DNA of 64,000 nucleotides from positions 101,638 to 165,637 of the IMG/VR virus record IMGVR_UViG_3300023110_001773. One strand, 5' to 3'. Origin of the DNA: a virus. The notes beneath the pieces were generated by a model. It was not told where the DNA came from and made no database searches. It saw only the letters and a program-made list of their open reading frames with translations. Position numbers and translations under genes: made by a program. This document shows positions 59,140 to 64,000 of the stretch, in pieces. Numbering within the stretch: position 1 is the first letter of the stretch; every line of letters begins with the position of its first letter.

Positions 59140-59997
59140 GAAATTAATTGATTCTAATATCAAATCTGTCACTTTTTTGTGGGCCCATCGGTCTGGGTGA
59201 GCGTCATTTGAGACATGACTAGACGCCAATTTGGGCCAATAATTGTTGGTAACATCTAAAATCAAATCCATCATTTCCTCGGAAAAGTGATTTCGGCCGT
59301 CCTTCTTAAAAGAATCTACGCCATCTGTTTTCCACCTAGCACCAACTTGAAAATCGGTGTATCTTGGAATGCTTATATCTGGATGGCATAGTTCTACTAC
59401 GCTCCTAATCAATGGAATAAAATATTCATTTTTGAAATCATATACCCAAGGTGGTAGTTTTTGTTGAGCACCAATCAAGTACAGTGGGATTCGTTTTTTT
59501 GATGAGAATAATATCATCCTAGACACCATCATAAAACTTAGAAGTTCATTCCAATGTCCCCATTTATCAATGGTGATGCCGCCAGTTTTACTTTGTTCTA
59601 ACAAAAATATACTGGGGTCTGTTATCATAGATGGAATATCTCTACAAGGCCCACTCCAAAAAAAGATGATTGCATCAAAGTCTTCAATTGTTTTCCAAGA
59701 ATCACCAAAACCATGTACATCACAAGACATCTTTGCCCTGTCATCTTCAAGTTTGATGCCATGATGTTGAGTAGCATAAAACATTCCGTTTTCTAAATGA
59801 TTCATTGCGGTGTGATTTGATCCGCCTGGGAATCCCTGCCTTATTGCAAAATGCCCTGCCTCTGTCAACCAGTGTTGTGTACCAGTGTGAGTAACCACAT
59901 ATCCTCTAGTTGAGACTTTGTGGCCATATTGTGGAGAGTCTTCATGCCCCCACTCTCCACAAGCATTACTGTCACCCGTGATAAAAAACTTAGCCAC
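59137..59997 (-). CDS. SGNH-like protein
   Basis: TGDSNACGEW, PGGSN, DAHPD. Confidence 0.65.
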   Translation of the reverse strand: MAKFFITGDSNACGEWGHEDSPQYGHKVSTRGYVVTHTGTQHWLTEAGHFAIRQGFPGGSNHTAMNHLENGMFYATQHHGIKLEDDRAKMSCDVHGFGDSWKTIEDFDAIIFFWSGPCRDIPSMITDPSIFLLEQSKTGGITIDKWGHWNELLSFMMVSRMILFSSKKRIPLYLIGAQQKLPPWVYDFKNEYFIPLIRSVVELCHPDISIPRYTDFQVGARWKTDGVDSFKKDGRNHFSEEMMDLILDVTNNYWPKLASSHVSNDAHPDRWAHKKVTDLILESINF

Positions 59998-60845
59998 TAC
60001 AACATCTCCAAAATTTTATTTGCTAAAATTTCATGACATTTTCTGTCGGGGTGAGCATCTTTTGCAACGGTATTTTTATTTTTAACCTGTTTCCAAAAAT
60101 TTACCGACTTTATTAGAACGTCCAATGTCTTCTCGTCATAACGTGATCCCGTGTACTTTATCTTTATGTCCAATCCTTTATTCAGACGCAAATTATTGTT
60201 TCCCCATCCAAAATAGACGGTATCCATCCATTCTGGCCTATCTAGTTCTGGGTAGCATAATTCTATAAGACTCGGTATTGTCCTTAGACCACTGTCAGCA
60301 AACTGGTTGAAATCAATCTCTGGTAAATCCTCTTGTCCGCCAAGCAGTATTATGTTATTGTGCAAACCGATCAGTTTAAACAAGTCTTGGTGAATACACA
60401 ATTGATTCCAGGCCTGCATCATTTGCCATGTTATTGCTCCTTGACTCTGATAAGACTCCAAAAATAAATCAAATTGCGTGGAATCGACTATCGACCTCAA
60501 AGGCCCCGTCCAAAAGAAAACAATTACATCCAATGAATTCCTATAGGGTTCCGTGTCATAATCAAATTCATCGGCAATAATGTATGGGCAAAGTCTTGGC
60601 CCCCATGTCGATGAATCGTACTCTGGTTGAAGATATGCTGGTTTGTCACGGCACAACATATCAATTGCAAGGGCGTTGGAACCGCCTGGGAAAGATTGCC
60701 TGAAAACCTCATGACCGGCATTGGAAAGAAACTCGGCAACACCCCTGTGAGAGTTTATTGTGTTAATCCCGATTATGTTTGATCGGTCTCCCACTACATC
60801 CCATTCACCTGCCGAAACGGAATCCCCCGTCACCAAGATTCTCAT
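59997..60845 (-). CDS. SGNH-like protein (tandem paralog)
   Basis: TGDSVSAGEW, PGGSN, DAHPD. Confidence 0.65.
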   Translation of the reverse strand: MRILVTGDSVSAGEWDVVGDRSNIIGINTINSHRGVAEFLSNAGHEVFRQSFPGGSNALAIDMLCRDKPAYLQPEYDSSTWGPRLCPYIIADEFDYDTEPYRNSLDVIVFFWTGPLRSIVDSTQFDLFLESYQSQGAITWQMMQAWNQLCIHQDLFKLIGLHNNIILLGGQEDLPEIDFNQFADSGLRTIPSLIELCYPELDRPEWMDTVYFGWGNNNLRLNKGLDIKIKYTGSRYDEKTLDVLIKSVNFWKQVKNKNTVAKDAHPDRKCHEILANKILEML

Positions 60846-60884
60846 AGTTTATTTCTCTCCGAAGGTTCAGCGCCGAAATTCACC

Positions 60885-61163
60885 CTACCACTCCCGAAGG
60901 ATCGCAGTTAGCAACATAAACAAGGAAACCGCATTCAACATAATCAAAGCCCGATCCTTCCACATCACAGACACCCATAACCAGAGAGAAACGCCGACAG
61001 TTCCAAAGAACAAATCATAGGGTCTATATTCTGGCCCCGCAGCACGAAATGCTAGCGAGAGCAGTATTAAAACGGATGCGGCCCACTTAACGTACCAGTC
61101 CAGATTCTCAGGATACCATCTATCATCGGGTCTTTCGTCTGGCATATGCGGATGTTCAGTCAT
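60885..61163 (-). CDS. Small three-helix membrane protein
   Basis: DWYVKWAAS..W.DRALIMLN pattern. Confidence 0.7.
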   Translation of the reverse strand: MTEHPHMPDERPDDRWYPENLDWYVKWAASVLILLSLAFRAAGPEYRPYDLFFGTVGVSLWLWVSVMWKDRALIMLNAVSLFMLLTAILREW

Positions 61164-61336
61164 AATCTCGTTGTCTCCAATATGGTTGATTTCAAAATGT
61201 CTTCATATGTCCCGTCATCACGTTCGATAACCACACGATCACTTTGAGGATTAGTTGGCACTTCCAATCCCTCGACAGTATACTCTTTGTCAGGTTTAGT
61301 CCAATGATGATATCTTACTCTGATCCTTGGTCTCAT
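61160..61336 (-). CDS. 58-aa hypothetical protein
   Basis: Not in the ORF track. MRPRIRVRYHHWTKPD...; ATGA overlaps at both ends. Confidence 0.65.
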   Translation of the reverse strand: MRPRIRVRYHHWTKPDKEYTVEGLEVPTNPQSDRVVIERDDGTYEDILKSTILETTRL

Positions 61337-61563
61337 CCGATATGATTCCCGTTGAGAATTTTGAGCAGTTCTTCTGCCGTCTTATTGTACCCTTCAACCT
61401 GTGATGGCTGCACAGTATTTTCTTCAAGTTGTGCAAGAAACCTTGGAAACTCTTCGGCCTTGACAATGTACTCACCATCACGATATGCAAAGTAATGTTC
61501 TACAAGTAACTTTAAGTTTGCACTTAATGGTGGTAACTTGGGTGGTGGGTTAAGTTTAGACAT
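61333..61563 (-). CDS. Hypothetical protein
   Basis: ORF coupled to the downstream gene. Confidence 0.55.
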   Translation of the reverse strand: MSKLNPPPKLPPLSANLKLLVEHYFAYRDGEYIVKAEEFPRFLAQLEENTVQPSQVEGYNKTAEELLKILNGNHIG

Positions 61564-61675
61564 AGTACTTTCCGAAAAATTAATATTTAAGCAAAAGGTG
61601 AATGTAGAGGGTGTCGTTTATCTGCTATTCGTGGGGAATCGGGTTGCAACCCCACCTCTACATTCGCCCCCAAAA

Positions 61676-61751
61676 TGGTGCCGGTTGTAGGAATCGAACC
61701 CACGACCTACTGATTACAAATCAGTTGCTCTACCTACTGAGCTAAACCGGC
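61676..61751 (-). tRNA. tRNA-Thr(UGU)
   Basis: GCCGGTTTAGCTCAGTAGGTAGAGCAACTGATTTGTAATCAGTAGGTCGTGGGTTCGATTCCTACAACCGGCACCA; full cloverleaf with encoded CCA. Confidence 0.97.
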
Positions 61752-61764
61752 TTTTCAATGGCTT

Positions 61765-62181
61765 TCAGTATCCAAAATCATCCTGTTCCTTTGTTTGTTC
61801 AACCACTTTCTTCAAACTAGGACTCTGAAACTGTGGCACATACTCGGGTTTTGGTGGTGGTTTAAAGTTATCTATAACAACCTTGGGTTTTCTCTTGGGA
61901 GGAGTTCTTTTGAGAGACCAATAAAATGCTTTCTTCTGCTTTATAACAAATATGGATATAATCTTATCCGGCTGAAGATCAATTATTCTGTTACTCTCGT
62001 CATAGTGTCTCCAAGAATAACTCCCGTCCTTAGATACTTTCAGATTGTACACCCACATCTCATGCTGATACCCCGTCTCATAGATGATTCGGAGTTTATC
62101 TAATCTGCGCCTTTTTAGCCTGTATTTGAATATCTTTGGGGTTTTCACGCAAATCCTGTGGGGCAAAAAAATTCTGGGCAA
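61765..62181 (-). CDS. Hypothetical protein (start uncertain)
   Basis: ORF track; basic protein with Pro-rich tail. Confidence 0.5.
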   Translation of the reverse strand: MPRIFLPHRICVKTPKIFKYRLKRRRLDKLRIIYETGYQHEMWVYNLKVSKDGSYSWRHYDESNRIIDLQPDKIISIFVIKQKKAFYWSLKRTPPKRKPKVVIDNFKPPPKPEYVPQFQSPSLKKVVEQTKEQDDFGY

Positions 62182-62295
62182 AAAATTTTAAAAAACGCTT
62201 TTAACTAATGTATATAGGGGGATGCCAGATGCCCTAGTAAGGGCCAGAGAGCCCGGCCCAAAGCATAGGCCCGGCTCTCGCCCCCTAGAGCCTAC

Positions 62296-62544
62296 TTAGG
62301 CAGCAGACAGAGCACGGTAGCCAGCGGCCACCACAGCACGACTCGGAGTGCCGAGGCGAAACTTCTTGCTGACGCCCTTAGAGGTCTTCACGCTGTTCAG
62401 ATAGATAGCGTAGCCCTCATGGCGCAGACGGTTCACTTCACGCACAGCATCACCGACACCGAAGCGAGAGGCAATCTGCTTAGCGGTCAACTGCTCACCG
62501 TTCTGGAATGCGGCTAGGATTTTCTCACGATTAGTCATTATCAA
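62296..62544 (-). CDS. Small winged-helix DNA-binding protein
   Basis: LTAKQIASRFG..VNRLRHEGYAIY; own promoter; GAAAGGAAG RBS. Confidence 0.8.
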   Translation of the reverse strand: MIMTNREKILAAFQNGEQLTAKQIASRFGVGDAVREVNRLRHEGYAIYLNSVKTSKGVSKKFRLGTPSRAVVAAGYRALSAA

Positions 62545-62624
62545 CTTCCTTTCGTTAAGTTAAAGTTAAGGTCGGCCGTTTTGGCTATGGCCAAGGTCAA
62601 GGCCGGTTCACCTTTTAAAAATAA

Positions 62625-62654
62625 ATTATACCACTAAATTAAGGCATCTGTCAA
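62625..62654 (-). promoter_or_regulatory. Sigma70 promoter TTGACA-N18-TATAAT (extended -10)
   Basis: Consensus hexamers. Confidence 0.75.
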
Positions 62655-62722
62655 GAGTATTAATAGCCAAAATCCAACGGTTGCGTATACTATTTCTGTC
62701 ATTAATATTGCCTACCTATAAT

Positions 62723-62763
62723 AAAAAAGGGATGTGGGGAGGAGAAAGAAAAAACCACATCCC
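62723..62763 (-). terminator. Probable intrinsic terminator
   Basis: GGGATGTGG..CCACATCCC stem followed by T6 on the minus strand. Confidence 0.6.
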
Positions 62764-62801
62764 ATCAAGGCCATGGACACCACACCCACGGCAGGAGAAA
62801 C

Positions 62802-63044
62802 TCAACTAAATTTGTGACTGTATATCTGCCACTTTTCGATCACTGGGTAGCCATACTCGTCTTCATCTATGGCAATCTCAGCGACAGTGGCCTTAATGTT
62901 GGCATATCGAAAGCCATCATTAGTAATTAACTTGTGGGGGAACTGCCATGGCGTTGTCATATCGTCCAACTCATCATTGGCCTCATACCAGTGGCGACCC
63001 TTCACATCCTTTTCAATAAAAGAACCCTTAACGTTATTCATCAT
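62802..63044 (-). CDS. Hypothetical early protein
   Basis: ATGA-coupled start MMNNVKG; FRYA..DEDEYG.PV.EKW. Confidence 0.65.
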   Translation of the reverse strand: MMNNVKGSFIEKDVKGRHWYEANDELDDMTTPWQFPHKLITNDGFRYANIKATVAEIAIDEDEYGYPVIEKWQIYSHKFS

Positions 63045-63364
63045 AGATACTCCGGCCCTGTCCAGCGAACCCAACTAAAATCCCCTTCCAACACATTACC
63101 ACGAGCCTTGTTTCTGGCAGGGGCAGACCAACTAGCGGCCTTCAAGATGTCACCAGCACGAAACTGTTTATCATCTGCCTTCTGAATGAAACCCCACACC
63201 ATAGTCTGGCCATCGGTCTTTATCACCTTGAGGTATTTGCGGCCCTCTTCGACTGACAACTTGGCACGAAATGACTCAAAATCATCGTCCTTAGCATACT
63301 CTGAGCGGCTGTGCCAGCGTTGGTAGTCAGTAGCAATGGCGTCAAAAAGGGCATCAATATTCAT
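63041..63364 (-). CDS. Conserved early phage protein
   Basis: GRKYLKV..GDILKAASWSAPARNKARGN..WTGPEYL motif. Confidence 0.75.
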   Translation of the reverse strand: MNIDALFDAIATDYQRWHSRSEYAKDDDFESFRAKLSVEEGRKYLKVIKTDGQTMVWGFIQKADDKQFRAGDILKAASWSAPARNKARGNVLEGDFSWVRWTGPEYL

Positions 63365-63396
63365 AAGGCTTTACTCTCTCAAAAGGTACAAATACA

Positions 63397-63425
63397 ATTA
63401 TACAGATGGCTGGGGCAGTTGTCAA
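63397..63425 (-). promoter_or_regulatory. Perfect sigma70 early promoter TTGACA-N17-TATAAT
   Basis: Exact consensus with upstream A/T tracts. Confidence 0.88.
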
Positions 63426-63567
63426 GGGGCTTTGGCGAAAAAAGCGAGAAAAAAATGTGCTTTTTTGCCCTTGACATTGGGGGAAAAGTATGGTAGCCTG
63501 GCTTTTAAACCTCAGCGAATCGCTCAGCAGCTGTCGCCGTGCGGATTTAGATAACCACTATTTCCCA

Positions 63568-63987
63568 CTATTCACCACAAAGCACCTCATGTATAGAACC
63601 TTCCAAATATCTCACAGCATTTCTAAGTATACCTATATCTTCTCTGAATTTACCGAATCCCGTATTACAATTATCACATAGCCATCCACGAACATTACCC
63701 GTATCGTGGCAATGATCTAGTCTAGCATATGATCCATCGTATACATGTTTACATACGGGGCATTCAAACGTTTGGGGTCTTTTCCAATGTTTAGATTGAG
63801 ACCTTTTTATAGTTTTTTTCTTTGATCGGCAAGTCCTACAAGACGGTCTACGAACAACTCTGCCATTTGGGTTATCTTTACTATAAAACCTTCTGTTTGG
63901 TTCAAATTCTTCTATTGCTTTCTCTATATTACAATCACGACAAATTTTTGTTTCTATCGTATTATCTTCTCCCCACAGCGTTAGCAT
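63568..63987 (-). CDS. Endonuclease VII-family (His-Me finger) nuclease, homing-endonuclease-like
   Basis: CRDC..CRTC..CPVC..LDHCHDTGNVRGWLCDNCN. Confidence 0.85.
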   Translation of the reverse strand: MLTLWGEDNTIETKICRDCNIEKAIEEFEPNRRFYSKDNPNGRVVRRPSCRTCRSKKKTIKRSQSKHWKRPQTFECPVCKHVYDGSYARLDHCHDTGNVRGWLCDNCNTGFGKFREDIGILRNAVRYLEGSIHEVLCGE

Positions 63988-64000
63988 TATAGTCTCTTCA

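Noticed and set aside
61676-61751. tRNA as a prophage attachment site
   Set aside because: No integrase or duplicated 3' end; both flanks are phage-like
1-64000. Alternative genetic code, introns/inteins, DGR or retron
   Set aside because: Conserved genes are intact under code 11 with TAA, TAG and TGA all used as stops; no reverse transcriptase or split genes seen

Overview
A 64-kb segment of a large T4-like (myovirus-type) phage genome, probably aquatic with a proteobacterial host (inferred from sigma70 promoters, IHF boxes and the tmRNA tag). 1-21 kb holds baseplate/tail genes (VrlC-like, gp8, gp7, gp6, PAAR, gp25, gp5, gp27-like, gp53, gp48, gp4, gp2, gp54, gp26/gp51, tape measure). 21-28 kb holds a cobalamin-type radical SAM gene, gp32/gp59/gp33, an epimerase, a SleB hydrolase, a circularly permuted (two-piece) tmRNA, an exonuclease and PhoH. 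28-50.5 kb is a tightly coupled ~22.5-kb enzyme island with seven N-terminal-twitch radical SAM paralogs plus carbamoyl-, methyl-, acetyl-, sulfo- and glycosyltransferase-like enzymes, two UDP-sugar dehydrogenases, SGNH proteins, 2OG-Fe(II) oxygenases and a desaturase. 50.8-55.7 kb is a late operon of exported proteins, one of them Asn/Thr-rich, followed by a nuclease. Next come a ~185-nt non-coding element made of three covarying pseudoknot units with its own promoters, and an early-gene region with tRNA-Thr. The strongest candidates for new biology are the radical SAM island, the triple-pseudoknot RNA, the phage two-piece tmRNA and a gp26/gp51 -1 frameshift. All calls come from reading motifs by eye; no database searches were run.
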